From the IMG/VR virus record IMGVR_UViG_3300042363_001420: DNA of 64,000 nucleotides, one strand, 5' to 3'. Positions 45,433 to 55,404 of the stretch are shown in pieces. The notes under the pieces were generated by a model, which was not told the origin of the DNA, made no database searches, and saw only the letters and a program-made list of their open reading frames with translations. How positions within the stretch are numbered: position 1 is the first letter of the stretch; each line of letters starts with the position of its first letter. This DNA comes from a virus (taxonomy: Duplodnaviria > Caudoviricetes). The position numbers and the translations under genes are program-made.

Positions 45433-46239
45433 TTATTTTAAGCCCATTTTCCGGCGAATTTCAGTTCCTGAAATTTTTGTAATTTCTTCGTCGAAAGTTT
45501 CTTCCCCGGAAGTATATCCTACACCTCTACCCCAACCAATGTGAACAATGTTGGGCACAATCTGTATATCATACTGTCCCTGATATAAAGGATCCAGATC
45601 ACGACGTATACGTTGTTTGACTTCTTCCAATCCAAAAGGGTTTGATCCTTGCCAACCTTGCACATCTCGAATTTGAATTATTACCTGCCCGGTTTTTTCC
45701 AACAGTCTTTCAAACAGAGCGCGATGTCCCGGATGCCAAGGTTGCCAACGTCCCAGCATCTGTACTGTTTCCTTTCGCCAGTCAAACACAGGACGACGTT
45801 GATTTGATAAAATATGATCTGCTATATAAACTGACCATTTTTCTGCGTTTTGTTCTGTGATACGAAAATCATAAACATCAGGTGATACAAATGCCCGGTT
45901 GGTATCTTCAAAACGACCTTGTTCGATAGTATCTACCCAGATGGTCCAGTCGGCTTTGAAATTGTGTCGCATTTCCGGTAATGGTGCTACAAAATCACAG
46001 ATCACATAGTCAGCCTTGGATTCTTTGGCTAATGTATCCATCCTGAGACTCTGTCTAATACGACCAGTTTCGCTGAAATCCCAGTCATTGAACTTTTTTC
46101 TAACTTCGTCTGCATTAAACCAATCTACAGAAATTCCGTAACCTTCATTTTTTATGTCTTCAATATGTTGCTTGATAGCTGTTGCCAGTGTGGTTTTTCC
46201 TGCACCAGGTAAGCCCATGATTAAAATACGCTGTGCCAT
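45433..46239 (-). CDS. Adenylylsulfate-kinase-like domain fused to an HxGH nucleotidyltransferase domain
   Basis: GLPGAGKTT, NADEVR, DFS..GR, DFVAP; then GRWQPWHPGH and ISGTEIR. Confidence 0.8.
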   Translation of the reverse strand: MAQRILIMGLPGAGKTTLATAIKQHIEDIKNEGYGISVDWFNADEVRKKFNDWDFSETGRIRQSLRMDTLAKESKADYVICDFVAPLPEMRHNFKADWTIWVDTIEQGRFEDTNRAFVSPDVYDFRITEQNAEKWSVYIADHILSNQRRPVFDWRKETVQMLGRWQPWHPGHRALFERLLEKTGQVIIQIRDVQGWQGSNPFGLEEVKQRIRRDLDPLYQGQYDIQIVPNIVHIGWGRGVGYTSGEETFDEEITKISGTEIRRKMGLK

Positions 46240-46250
46240 ATATGATCCTT

Positions 46251-46592
46251 TTATTCTGGAATTAAAACTGCTCGATTACACTGACAAACACTATCCCAGA
46301 CATTAGACCATTGATAGCCTTGAGGAGCAGTCTGACTACCGGGGTTAATTGCAACCGGAGGTGGTGCATAATAAACTGGCGGTGGGGGGTAGTAAGCAGG
46401 TGGTGCATAATAAACTGGCGGTGGTGCATAATAGGGTCTTGCCAATAAACCGCCAATGACAGCGCCACCAAGAAAAGCACCGCCGTAGGCCCAGGGATTA
46501 TTATAGTAACCTCGATTATAACCGTAGCCGCCGGCCGAAGCAGAACCTACAACAAAGAATGATAAAATTATTGAAAGTATTATACGTTTCAT
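46251..46592 (-). CDS. Secreted/membrane Pro-Tyr-rich repeat protein
   Basis: Signal peptide (ASA), glycine zipper, YYAPPP repeats; DNA repeat ggtggtgcataataaactggcggtgg twice. Confidence 0.7.
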   Translation of the reverse strand: MKRIILSIILSFFVVGSASAGGYGYNRGYYNNPWAYGGAFLGGAVIGGLLARPYYAPPPVYYAPPAYYPPPPVYYAPPPVAINPGSQTAPQGYQWSNVWDSVCQCNRAVLIPE

Positions 46593-46648
46593 ATTGCTAC
46601 CTTTTCAAAGAGTATGTGTATTTAATATTGTAGCAGAGTCTGCGGGTA

Positions 46649-47230
46649 TTAGTCAAGACTTTTGATAAATTGGTCTATTAGTTTAACTGCTTCGGCACTG
46701 ATTACAATTTCGTAATGATTGATATACAGTTCCATCAATTGCATGTCTGATCTATGACGCATACTGGATACTGTAACTACCCCATCGTTGGGTTGTATGA
46801 TCCACGGACTGTCCCCTCTGGTAGTAACTACATTTATCCAAGGATGTTCGATTGGTATCAAATTGGAATCTTTTATTGGAGTACTGCCTGGTCCAATGTC
46901 TCTTAAGAGTCTGTTAAACGGCAGAAAGTACTTGGCGTAATCAGCTGATTCTGCTCCACCATATGGAGTACTTAAAGTAATGGCTCCCAGAGCTCGATCG
47001 GCAAAGTGTTGAGCTAGGTACACAGCATAAATGCCGCCAAGACTATGACAGACAAAGATCATGTGATCCTTTCCGTCTAATTGTTGCTTCATATCAATAA
47101 GATTTTGAACAAAACCATTGTTGCTGTTGTATTCAATTAGAGTTTCTTTATGACCTGTGATATGACTACGAATATAATTAAAACTATCGCTGGTGGCACT
47201 AGCACCATGAATGTAAACTATATTCATCAA
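46649..47230 (-). CDS. Alpha/beta hydrolase (lipase/esterase-like)
   Basis: IHG, HSLGG, STPYGG, NDGVV, NH. Confidence 0.85.
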   Translation of the reverse strand: MMNIVYIHGASATSDSFNYIRSHITGHKETLIEYNSNNGFVQNLIDMKQQLDGKDHMIFVCHSLGGIYAVYLAQHFADRALGAITLSTPYGGAESADYAKYFLPFNRLLRDIGPGSTPIKDSNLIPIEHPWINVVTTRGDSPWIIQPNDGVVTVSSMRHRSDMQLMELYINHYEIVISAEAVKLIDQFIKSLD

Positions 47231-47235
47231 TACAG

Positions 47236-47559
47236 TTATTTGATCGCTCGTTTGGCCATTCGATCAACCGTGGCTCTGGCCTGATCAACCGACATAGTAG
47301 TAGAAGATTCTTCAGAACCTTTAAATATAATTTGTTCGTCATTGACATCTGCAATAACATTGCTTAAAGGTTCCTGCTGTGCCATCTGTATCAACTGTTG
47401 TGATGTGATACTGATGCCCATATTAGCTGCTAATTTGATAAAAGCCTCAACTGATATAGAATTTTTAGCATCTGTATCTTTGGCTCGTGACAAAAGGAAT
47501 TGGCTTAATGCAACCAATTCCTTTTTATTGTCAAGTGTATCAAATTCAAACAATAACAT
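47236..47559 (-). CDS. Hypothetical protein
   Basis: Coupled ORF; MLLFE start. Confidence 0.65.
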   Translation of the reverse strand: MLLFEFDTLDNKKELVALSQFLLSRAKDTDAKNSISVEAFIKLAANMGISITSQQLIQMAQQEPLSNVIADVNDEQIIFKGSEESSTTMSVDQARATVDRMAKRAIK

Positions 47560-48452
47560 TATCGTAAACGACGTTTTTTGGCTATACTTTCGTTGACGTC
47601 ACGACGCTCTCTACCTAAACCAGCACCGTCTAAATCTTCATCTTCGTCATCACGTGGCGGCATTTCGGCATCAACATCTACTTCAGCGTCGATATCTACG
47701 TCGGCATCCATATCGTTACCTAAGTCAGCAGCATCTTGCCCGGGCACAATCGGTGCCTGACCAGTTAATGCTCCCTGAGCTACTTCCATTTGTGTTTTGC
47801 CTTGCTGTACACTGGTCAACAACTGTGTCAAGGCAGCCGAAGCAGCACCCTGAAACTGTGTGGCTTGATCAATACCCATGTCATTCTTGATAGAATCTGT
47901 CAAAGCTGGCAAGTCCTTGAACTGCATCTCACTGATTTCTTCTAGCATTTTTTGAATTCGATCAATCATGTCTTGTGCGGCCAGCACAACCTGTGCCGAC
48001 TGCAGATCACTTTCTTTTAGACTACGACGCATGTGACGTGATTCTTTTGGCATGTTTTGACTGGCAATGGCTGCCACAGTCTTTTGCTCGTCTGGAGTCA
48101 GACTTTGACCGGACTGTGCTTTTTTCATAGTCTGTTGAACTTTGGGATCTTTGGCACTGACCGGCATCATTACAGTGGGTTCTTGTTCGCGTATTTTTTT
48201 ACGCTGACTGCCGAGATGACTACGAAGTCCTTGCTCCAACATGATCAACTTGAGATAACCGGGGTCTCGCTCGCTGCGATGAAATTCTGGTTTTACTCTG
48301 TGTTCGCTAATCAAGCTCTGCACACGTTCCAACATAGAGCGTGTTTGAGTAGTAGACAATTTTGAAAAGGAAATTGTCTGCCCCAAGCGACTTTCCATAA
48401 CTTGGGCTATTTTATCTTTGTGTTGTAGTGCGTCTAGTTCTTGCAGTTTCAT
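47559..48452 (-). CDS. Putative head scaffold/internal protein
   Basis: Helical with acidic tail; several (L/I/V)xE sites (LQE, IRE, LKE, VNE). Confidence 0.45.
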   Translation of the reverse strand: MKLQELDALQHKDKIAQVMESRLGQTISFSKLSTTQTRSMLERVQSLISEHRVKPEFHRSERDPGYLKLIMLEQGLRSHLGSQRKKIREQEPTVMMPVSAKDPKVQQTMKKAQSGQSLTPDEQKTVAAIASQNMPKESRHMRRSLKESDLQSAQVVLAAQDMIDRIQKMLEEISEMQFKDLPALTDSIKNDMGIDQATQFQGAASAALTQLLTSVQQGKTQMEVAQGALTGQAPIVPGQDAADLGNDMDADVDIDAEVDVDAEMPPRDDEDEDLDGAGLGRERRDVNESIAKKRRLR

Positions 48453-48909
48453 CGCAATTAAATCCTTTTGTCTGCCAGTATTTAGCCGAATTTACACATT
48501 TGGTCAAACGATTTTCCACCTGTTGTAAATTAGTTTTTCTATGTGAAATCTTTAGCGCAGCCAGTTCTTTTTGCAGAGGGTCTTTCATCTTCTTCATCTG
48601 ATACTGTCTGACCACCACTGTATTAGCTAACGCAGCACGTTCTTTGTCTAATTGTAAAATTTTGTGTGCTAATTCAAACTTGTGATTATAATCAGCAATA
48701 CACCAACTGACTGCTGTTCTTAGAGTCGATAGCAACAGAGGATCTTTTCGATCTCTGTAAATTTTGTAGGATCCTTCGACAATTTTTTCTATTGTGTAGA
48801 GATCAAACAAGTAATATTTTCCATGAGATTTATATATTAACAAACCGCGAAGATTATCGAGGTCTTCCTCGATAAGCTGTTTCAAGCGGTCTACTGCAAA
48901 ATCTTTCAT
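48412..48909 (-). CDS. Hypothetical protein
   Basis: 165-aa ORF in operon. Confidence 0.6.
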   Translation of the reverse strand: MKDFAVDRLKQLIEEDLDNLRGLLIYKSHGKYYLFDLYTIEKIVEGSYKIYRDRKDPLLLSTLRTAVSWCIADYNHKFELAHKILQLDKERAALANTVVVRQYQMKKMKDPLQKELAALKISHRKTNLQQVENRLTKCVNSAKYWQTKGFNCDETARTRRTTTQR

Positions 48910-49169
48910 TTAAAAACGTATTGCACTAATAAAAATGCAATTATAGTGGTTAATATACCAATCAATCCCATACCCCAATTGAGTATGCGATCATTTTGTT
49001 TTTCTGACATGACTTCTACCATGTTTCTAACCTGTGTTAAGGTGCTGTTGACCGAGGAGATTTTGGATTCTACATTTTCTAATTTCTCTTCTAAGAACCT
49101 ATAGCGTTCGGCACACAATTCAACATGTGCTTCCAAACTTTTTTTCTCAATATCTGTTGTGTCGGACAC
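48906..49169 (-). CDS. Coiled-coil protein with C-terminal TM (holin/XhlA-like architecture)
   Basis: GTG start with AAGGA RBS; LEAHVELCAERY..LE coiled coil, then TM. Confidence 0.55.
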   Translation of the reverse strand: MSDTTDIEKKSLEAHVELCAERYRFLEEKLENVESKISSVNSTLTQVRNMVEVMSEKQNDRILNWGMGLIGILTTIIAFLLVQYVFK

Positions 49170-49183
49170 GGCATTATCCTTTT

Positions 49184-49612
49184 TTACAGAATATTTAGCA
49201 GAATAATGTCAAAAAATATGTTAACACCCGGTGACAACATCTGATCTGTCATTTCAGTTTCATCTAATCCTGTCAACATAGGAATCATATTACTGTCATT
49301 GATTAAGGCACCAATAGGATTGTTGTCGGCAGCTACTGCTCCTTGCTGTTCTACAACAAATTCAAAGACCCAAGCACAACGGTCGTTGTGCGTTATTTTT
49401 ACAGGTTCTATAATGTCTACCGGCAGAGCACGTAGGCTGATCAGTTGATTAACAGTTTCCCAATTGCGTTGTTGATTACGTGCGCGATTCCAATCATCAA
49501 CACAGTTGATCTTGTTGCCAGCTTGATCTTCAAACGGTATTCGCGATTGTTTAAAGTGATTCTTCACACCAGTGGCTGTGATATCGAAATAGGTCAGACA
49601 TCTTACTTTCAT
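49184..49612 (-). CDS. Hypothetical protein
   Basis: T.FDIT.TG and RNQQRNWET motifs; TAAATA upstream. Confidence 0.65.
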   Translation of the reverse strand: MKVRCLTYFDITATGVKNHFKQSRIPFEDQAGNKINCVDDWNRARNQQRNWETVNQLISLRALPVDIIEPVKITHNDRCAWVFEFVVEQQGAVAADNNPIGALINDSNMIPMLTGLDETEMTDQMLSPGVNIFFDIILLNIL

Positions 49613-49631
49613 AATGTACCTATTTAACGAC

Positions 49632-49663
49632 AAAAACAAACCCCGGAATAAATCCGGGGTTGT
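49632..49663 (-). terminator. Rho-independent terminator
   Basis: AACCCCGGA-tttat-TCCGGGGTT followed by a T-rich run. Confidence 0.85.
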
Positions 49664-49689
49664 TGTCAGTAAGTTAATGCAGTATTAAA

Positions 49690-50076
49690 TTACGATGTTG
49701 CTAATTTGAAACCAACTGCAGCGGCGCTGTTAAGTTGATATCCTGTTGCACTGATGTTTGCAACTGCCAAGAAAGCAGCAGCGTTAGCATATGCGCCAGT
49801 TGGATAGATACCAAAGCTGATCTGTGCAGCATCGACTTGATACATAGCAACTGTGGAAGTCTGCTGAACTGCTTGAATCACGTTACCAACATATTCGTTG
49901 ACGCCTTGTTGTGTAGCAACTGAAGTGTTGGCTGTAACAGAGAAGAAGTCTAACTTAGGACCTGCTAAATTAACAGGGGTACCAGCGGTGCTGGCGGTTG
50001 GGTCTACTGGACCGTTTAGTACGTCAATTGCGTATACTGGTTGCGAATCACCATTGACTCGTGCGATTTGTGCCAT
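49690..50076 (-). CDS. Small, probably abundant virion structural protein
   Basis: Own TATAAATA promoter, AGGAG RBS and terminator; Ala/Thr/Val-rich. Confidence 0.55.
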   Translation of the reverse strand: MAQIARVNGDSQPVYAIDVLNGPVDPTASTAGTPVNLAGPKLDFFSVTANTSVATQQGVNEYVGNVIQAVQQTSTVAMYQVDAAQISFGIYPTGAYANAAAFLAVANISATGYQLNSAAAVGFKLATS

Positions 50077-50151
50077 TTTTAAATCTCCTAATAAGTGGGA
50101 ACATTTTGTCCCTGCACTTATTTATACCAAATGACAAAAATACCACAGTAC

Positions 50152-52056
50152 CTAATCTAGTTCGGGATTATTTTTAGCAAAGTTAGCAGCACTAAAACGC
50201 ATACGATCTACAAATTTCATGCCATTGCCAACATAACCTTCATGCCCAGGTTCGTTATTAATACTGGCTTTTACATCTTGTGCTTGCGCATCCAACTGTC
50301 GCACCAACTGATTTTTAAGGCTAGAAATTTCCAAAAATGCTTGAAACAAGGCTGCTACAGCAGCTTTGTTTTCGGTTGCCCATTCAAATATTCTTGGTGC
50401 TTTTGCAGGTTCTCGTTGTTTTATCCATGATCCAAACCCACCAACTAAGTTATCATAGCTACCTGAACGCACACGACTATTGATATAAGTTTTAATTAGA
50501 GCAGGAAAATTGCTGATCTTTCTAGCACGTAATTCTGTGGGATCAAATAATCGATCCATTGCTGCACCGTACTGTGTCAACAGACTAGTAGCATTTTTGA
50601 CAGTGGCATCATCTAGCTTGATCGAACGAGGTTCTTTAAGGCTAGGATCTAAAATCAGAAGTCCAGGACTGTCGTTTAAGGCAGCGGCACGAATGGCTGT
50701 GGGTGCTGCACCTGGGGCGGACAACGCAGTGTGGATAGCTACTGCAGCAGTGCTTTGGGAAATCTTCTTGCCCAGATCAGTATTGGCCGAAACTCTATAA
50801 GTTACTGTGTTGGGCGTAAACACATAGTCTGCACCGTCAAGTTTAGGTGTTGCACTGTACAGCAAATCACCTTGAATATAGCCTCTAAAATCCTGTGGTA
50901 CAGCACGTCGCAACAACGGAAACAATCGTTGATAAACAGCAATCAATTCTCCTCGTTCACCGCCGCGCATGTTCATTATTTTTTCAATTTGCTCTGGATT
51001 GGTTGCTAATCCATCATACCCTTTTGCCCCAAATCCCGACTTGTCGGTTAGAACAAACTCTCCCGAAGGCTTGCGACCAAATATAATTGCCGGCTTGCCG
51101 TCCCATTTCACAGTGGTTTCTTGTGGATTCTGTGCAGCAGCAACAATCCCCGACAGGGCCTGCTTTAAACCAGTACTGGGACGCTGATCAAATATCATGT
51201 CTTCGGGGTGTTCGATTCTCACACCTTCGACAATGACTTGCATGCCTTGATTGACTATACGGTCGCGCAAGCGAGCCATCATGCTGACTTCGTTATATTC
51301 TGTGTACAGATCAGTATTTTCATTAACTAATCCATCGTCAAAAGGAATGCCTTCACGTTCCATGTGTGCCTTAAAGTCAGCAATTTTCTGCGCTTTTTTG
51401 GGATCTGCTTCCAATGCTCGCATAACAGATTCAACACTGTACAAATCAGCCACAGTGGCATTTGGGCTTAACAGCATTTTTGCCACCTGTGCTGGGTCGT
51501 CGGTGATCAGCTCATTAGTGGCACGATTCATAATGCCGTCGTTTTGATTGAGTTTGTAACCCAAGCTTTTGGCCATGCTGTTGAGCATGATATTACGTAG
51601 TGCACCTTTGTATTGGCTACTGGGATCGCTGCTTAATACAAACTGTGTCCACGCAGGTTTATTGCTGAACATAAAATCGGATTGAACAAATCCGTTCTTG
51701 GGATTCCCGCCAATGGCTGTGAGAAAATGCACAGCTGATCCAGTCTTTTTAATGTACTGTTTAGCATCCACTCCTGTGTCTGCTGCCCACTGAGCTAATA
51801 ACGAAACCAGCTGATCCTTGGTCATTTTGCTGGCATCAACTGACAGATCTAAATCACCAGAATCGGCTTTACGTCCAGTTGAGCCTAACCATTTAACAGG
51901 TAACTTATCTCTGGGATCTTTTTCCGTAGTAAGGTCAAGTCCTGTTATCTTTTCTAGCCATCGAGCAGTGGGCATGACATCTGCCTGCTTGATTCTTTGT
52001 GTTAAAGGATTGCCAGCAGCATCCTTGAATACATTACCACCTTCGTTAATCTGCAT
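50152..52056 (-). CDS. PolX/Pol-beta-like nucleotidyltransferase fused to an ATP-dependent ligase-like domain
   Basis: LGSTG...SGDLD...VQSD; then TVKWDG, QGDLLY, EGYV, MKFV. Confidence 0.65.
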   Translation of the reverse strand: MQINEGGNVFKDAAGNPLTQRIKQADVMPTARWLEKITGLDLTTEKDPRDKLPVKWLGSTGRKADSGDLDLSVDASKMTKDQLVSLLAQWAADTGVDAKQYIKKTGSAVHFLTAIGGNPKNGFVQSDFMFSNKPAWTQFVLSSDPSSQYKGALRNIMLNSMAKSLGYKLNQNDGIMNRATNELITDDPAQVAKMLLSPNATVADLYSVESVMRALEADPKKAQKIADFKAHMEREGIPFDDGLVNENTDLYTEYNEVSMMARLRDRIVNQGMQVIVEGVRIEHPEDMIFDQRPSTGLKQALSGIVAAAQNPQETTVKWDGKPAIIFGRKPSGEFVLTDKSGFGAKGYDGLATNPEQIEKIMNMRGGERGELIAVYQRLFPLLRRAVPQDFRGYIQGDLLYSATPKLDGADYVFTPNTVTYRVSANTDLGKKISQSTAAVAIHTALSAPGAAPTAIRAAALNDSPGLLILDPSLKEPRSIKLDDATVKNATSLLTQYGAAMDRLFDPTELRARKISNFPALIKTYINSRVRSGSYDNLVGGFGSWIKQREPAKAPRIFEWATENKAAVAALFQAFLEISSLKNQLVRQLDAQAQDVKASINNEPGHEGYVGNGMKFVDRMRFSAANFAKNNPELD

Positions 52057-52303
52057 CTGTGCGCCTTACTGTACGTGTAAATTTTTTGACATCTTTATCT
52101 CTGATTGCGTTCAGTAGTTTTCTAACTAAATTCTCAGCTTGAGCGGAATCATAGTCAGCTTCAATTTGTTCTATCAAACGTATAGCACTGGCTATTACAT
52201 TGGAGGCGCGACTTTCAATTACGTAACGTCTGTCACGATCAGCATTTTTTTCTGTGTACAATGCATCTAATTCTTCTAAGATGCTGCGTGTTTTTTTCTG
52301 CAT
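52046..52303 (-). CDS. Small hypothetical protein
   Basis: TAAATA upstream; overlaps start of next gene. Confidence 0.65.
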   Translation of the reverse strand: MQKKTRSILEELDALYTEKNADRDRRYVIESRASNVIASAIRLIEQIEADYDSAQAENLVRKLLNAIRDKDVKKFTRTVRRTDAD

Positions 52304-52358
52304 TTCCAGTGGCCTTTGAATTATTTATTAAAATTTAAGTCTACGCCGTAGATAGATT

Positions 52359-52883
52359 CTATGTTTGTATCTGTAACAATGGTATATTAACAGGATGTGT
52401 TAATATCCAATGTATTGCGTCAGCTACCAAATCCAACGATAACCACTTCTCGTGCCCGGATAAGCCATCATTTAATCCGCCTGCAACAATATGAGAGGTT
52501 TTTATATTAAACTTTGAGTTGAGCTGGAGACTTCGGTCTCGCAAAGCTCTTTTTTGTATACTGTAAGATCCAAATACGCTGTCAACTCCGTTCCATTCTG
52601 CTGTGCTGCCGATATTGACTATGTGTCCTTGAATTTTATTTTTTGCCCAGACTTCGTGTGTGCATTCTAGCAACGCTAATTGACCGCCGCCGCAGATAAA
52701 AGAGCTGTTGATTAGCACATTATAATTTTTAATTTTAGAACGAAAATAATCTTCGCTGCCGGTATCCCAAAATCTCAGATCAAATCCTGTTGCGCGGCTA
52801 GCAAAATCTACATCAGTAAATTTCTGTCTCACTGCTGATGCAATTGTGTTGTGATCAGGATTTCCTGTACATAATATTTTCAT
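52359..52883 (-). CDS. Short-chain dehydrogenase/reductase-like protein
   Basis: ILCTG, LINSS, IVNIGS, YSIQK (YxxxK). Confidence 0.7.
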   Translation of the reverse strand: MKILCTGNPDHNTIASAVRQKFTDVDFASRATGFDLRFWDTGSEDYFRSKIKNYNVLINSSFICGGGQLALLECTHEVWAKNKIQGHIVNIGSTAEWNGVDSVFGSYSIQKRALRDRSLQLNSKFNIKTSHIVAGGLNDGLSGHEKWLSLDLVADAIHWILTHPVNIPLLQIQT

Positions 52884-54022
52884 AACAATTCGGCCCATTC
52901 TGGACAAAGTAATTTGAAGTTGCTGTTTCTAACAAGGTCAAGCTTGTTTATTTTATTCCAAAAATTATTGTGACAATATTCATCGTCAATTTTTAGACTC
53001 TTTAATAGTGCCAGCAAGGAAGGATATAAATTAAATTTTTGTTGTAACTTTTTAAATGCAGCTGACGAAATTGAATTTATAGCATAAGCACCAATGGCTT
53101 TTTGAAAGATTAATTCAGTGGTGTCACCGTATCTGTTAGTTGCAAACTTTTGCTGGTGCCAATCTATTAACTCGTTTAGATAGTAAAAATTTAAATAGCT
53201 CCACGTACAATTTATTTTGAACATATGATTGTGTGGCATGTTTTGGTAAAACCATTCTAAATTATCATTTAACTCTTGCCAGTTAGCATTTGTACGTTGA
53301 TAATTAAACCTCTGCCCAATGTCGTCAATGCTAAAATAAATTTCAATTAAATTGCATTCAGACCAAAGATCAAGTACTTGTTGATCAACATTGGTTGTTC
53401 CATTGGTATTGTAGAAAACTCGCACATCTCCCAGTCCTTTCGTTTGTTTAATTAGTTGTAATAACTTAACATGCGAATCTGCCAGCAAAGGTTCGCCACC
53501 ACCGTGAAAATGTATATTTTTTATTTCTGACAGATAGCTGTTGTCGTTGATTAATATTTGTTTATTTTTTTTGTGCTTGAACATGTGTACCGGGCGAGCT
53601 GGATTTAGTTGCTGATAATCTGGTATCCAAGATGTGCTGTTGCTGGGGCCGCAAATTATACATTTTAAATTACACAGGTTGCCTACACTATAGTCTATTC
53701 CCTGAGGACCCAATAAATCAATTTTTGTATCCTGATGAAAATCTTCGTACAACTGCTTAGATCCCTGTCGACGACTTGATAAACCATTGTCTTCATCTTT
53801 ATAACAACGTTCGCATCCTTGCACAGGCTGATCATTTTCAACTTGATGTTTTAACTTTAAATGACCAGGTCCATTCCAGACTTTGCCGATGTCAATTGAG
53901 TCAGATGTTTCTATAAACCCGTTGAAATAACTGCAGGGATTGTATCCTACCTGGCCGTCAGCAGTGGACCATACTGCAAGATTTTTATAAATCTCGTAGC
54001 AAAAGTATTTTTTTTCGATCAT
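52880..54022 (-). CDS. Radical SAM protein with N-terminal Cys-rich (SPASM/twitch-like) segment
   Basis: CNLKCIIC, GGEP, YNTNGT, FSID; N-terminal C..PC..CERC. Confidence 0.88.
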   Translation of the reverse strand: MIEKKYFCYEIYKNLAVWSTADGQVGYNPCSYFNGFIETSDSIDIGKVWNGPGHLKLKHQVENDQPVQGCERCYKDEDNGLSSRRQGSKQLYEDFHQDTKIDLLGPQGIDYSVGNLCNLKCIICGPSNSTSWIPDYQQLNPARPVHMFKHKKNKQILINDNSYLSEIKNIHFHGGGEPLLADSHVKLLQLIKQTKGLGDVRVFYNTNGTTNVDQQVLDLWSECNLIEIYFSIDDIGQRFNYQRTNANWQELNDNLEWFYQNMPHNHMFKINCTWSYLNFYYLNELIDWHQQKFATNRYGDTTELIFQKAIGAYAINSISSAAFKKLQQKFNLYPSLLALLKSLKIDDEYCHNNFWNKINKLDLVRNSNFKLLCPEWAELL

Positions 54023-55404
54023 GCTTGTTTAATCTGACCCAACAATTGTTTTAATTTCGAACTCTCAACTCCGGCTGTGACTTTTGGTACATCTTCGGTA
54101 TCACTTTTAACTTGACTACGTGTTTTAATTGAATCTAAAATACTGGGTTTAGTACTATTGTAGCCGTTGCTGTCATCACCGCCGGTATCAGTGATACGCA
54201 TGGTTTCAATATCGTAATCTAAATCAACTTTGTTACCGACGCCTTGACTACTACGACTTTTCATACACTGCATCTGATACTTGCCACGTTCACGCATGGC
54301 TCTGCTGGTAAAAATACCAAACACAAAGTCAGCAGTATTAATCTTACTGATGCCGCCGGCAATGTGACTGTGATCAAATTCAATTTCTTCTACAGCACTG
54401 CGATTAAGCTGCGACGCTGTGACCAACAGTACGTTGAGTTCAATGGCTAGATTACGCAACTCCTCAGCTGAATATTTGTCTTTGATAAACTGATCGTTGG
54501 GATTGACCTTAACCGACACTGGCATGATCAGATCCAAATAATCTACCATAACAAAATCAACTTTTGATTCAGTTTGTATTTCATACTCTTTGATAAAACT
54601 ACGAATATCGTTGACATTACTCTGAGCCGGGAAACTTTTGATTCGATAAGCACCAGCTTTTTTACCTACCATTTTAACTTTGAGTTCTGCAGAATCTAGG
54701 TCTCGGCGAATATCCTTGGTGCTCATGTCTGTCAACATGGCAGCAGTACGCAAACTACACAGTTCCTCAGACAATTCTAGTGTAATATAAACTCCGCTGA
54801 GACCTTGCTGTAACCAGTTTAATGCCAAGTTCATCATGACTAAACTTTTACCGGAACCTGATCCACCAGCAAAGATATTGAGTTCACCTCTGCTAAACCC
54901 GCCATACAAGATACGATCCATTTGTGGCCATCCGGTAGATACTTGTCCGCCTTTGTTGAAATACTTGTTGAGTGTTTCTTTGGGGCTGGCCCAAAAATCT
55001 GTACCTAGGTCTTTGGTCAAACTGATTTGAACTGCATCTTTGATTAATTTTTCTACCGGTTCGTACTCGCCTTTTTCCAGCAAATCGGCTGACTTTAGAA
55101 TTGCACGTTCCAATTCGTGCTTGCGAGTAAATCCTTCAAATTCTTCTAAGAACCAGTCAAAATGACCTTCATTTAAACCCTCGATGGGTTGCAAGTTTAC
55201 GCCTGTGGCAGCTTTAATCTGTGTGCGTTCTGGCATGGTTCTATGATCATTGCAGTGCTGCATGATAAATTCAGCAGCTGGTCTAAGACTTCGATCAAAG
55301 TTTTCAGGATTATAGATATTTTGAACTCGCACATAGGTAGCTGCATCCTCCAACATCATTTCCAAAAATAAACGTTGAACGTCTATGTTATAGTCCTTTA
55401 ACAA
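54019..55404 (-). CDS. Replicative helicase (DnaB/gp41-like)
   Basis: GGSGSGKS, ITLELSE, VDYLDL, TASQLNR, MKSR. Confidence 0.93.
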   Translation of the reverse strand: MLKDYNIDVQRLFLEMMLEDAATYVRVQNIYNPENFDRSLRPAAEFIMQHCNDHRTMPERTQIKAATGVNLQPIEGLNEGHFDWFLEEFEGFTRKHELERAILKSADLLEKGEYEPVEKLIKDAVQISLTKDLGTDFWASPKETLNKYFNKGGQVSTGWPQMDRILYGGFSRGELNIFAGGSGSGKSLVMMNLALNWLQQGLSGVYITLELSEELCSLRTAAMLTDMSTKDIRRDLDSAELKVKMVGKKAGAYRIKSFPAQSNVNDIRSFIKEYEIQTESKVDFVMVDYLDLIMPVSVKVNPNDQFIKDKYSAEELRNLAIELNVLLVTASQLNRSAVEEIEFDHSHIAGGISKINTADFVFGIFTSRAMRERGKYQMQCMKSRSSQGVGNKVDLDYDIETMRITDTGGDDSNGYNSTKPSILDSIKTRSQVKSDTEDVPKVTAGVESSKLKQLLGQIKQA

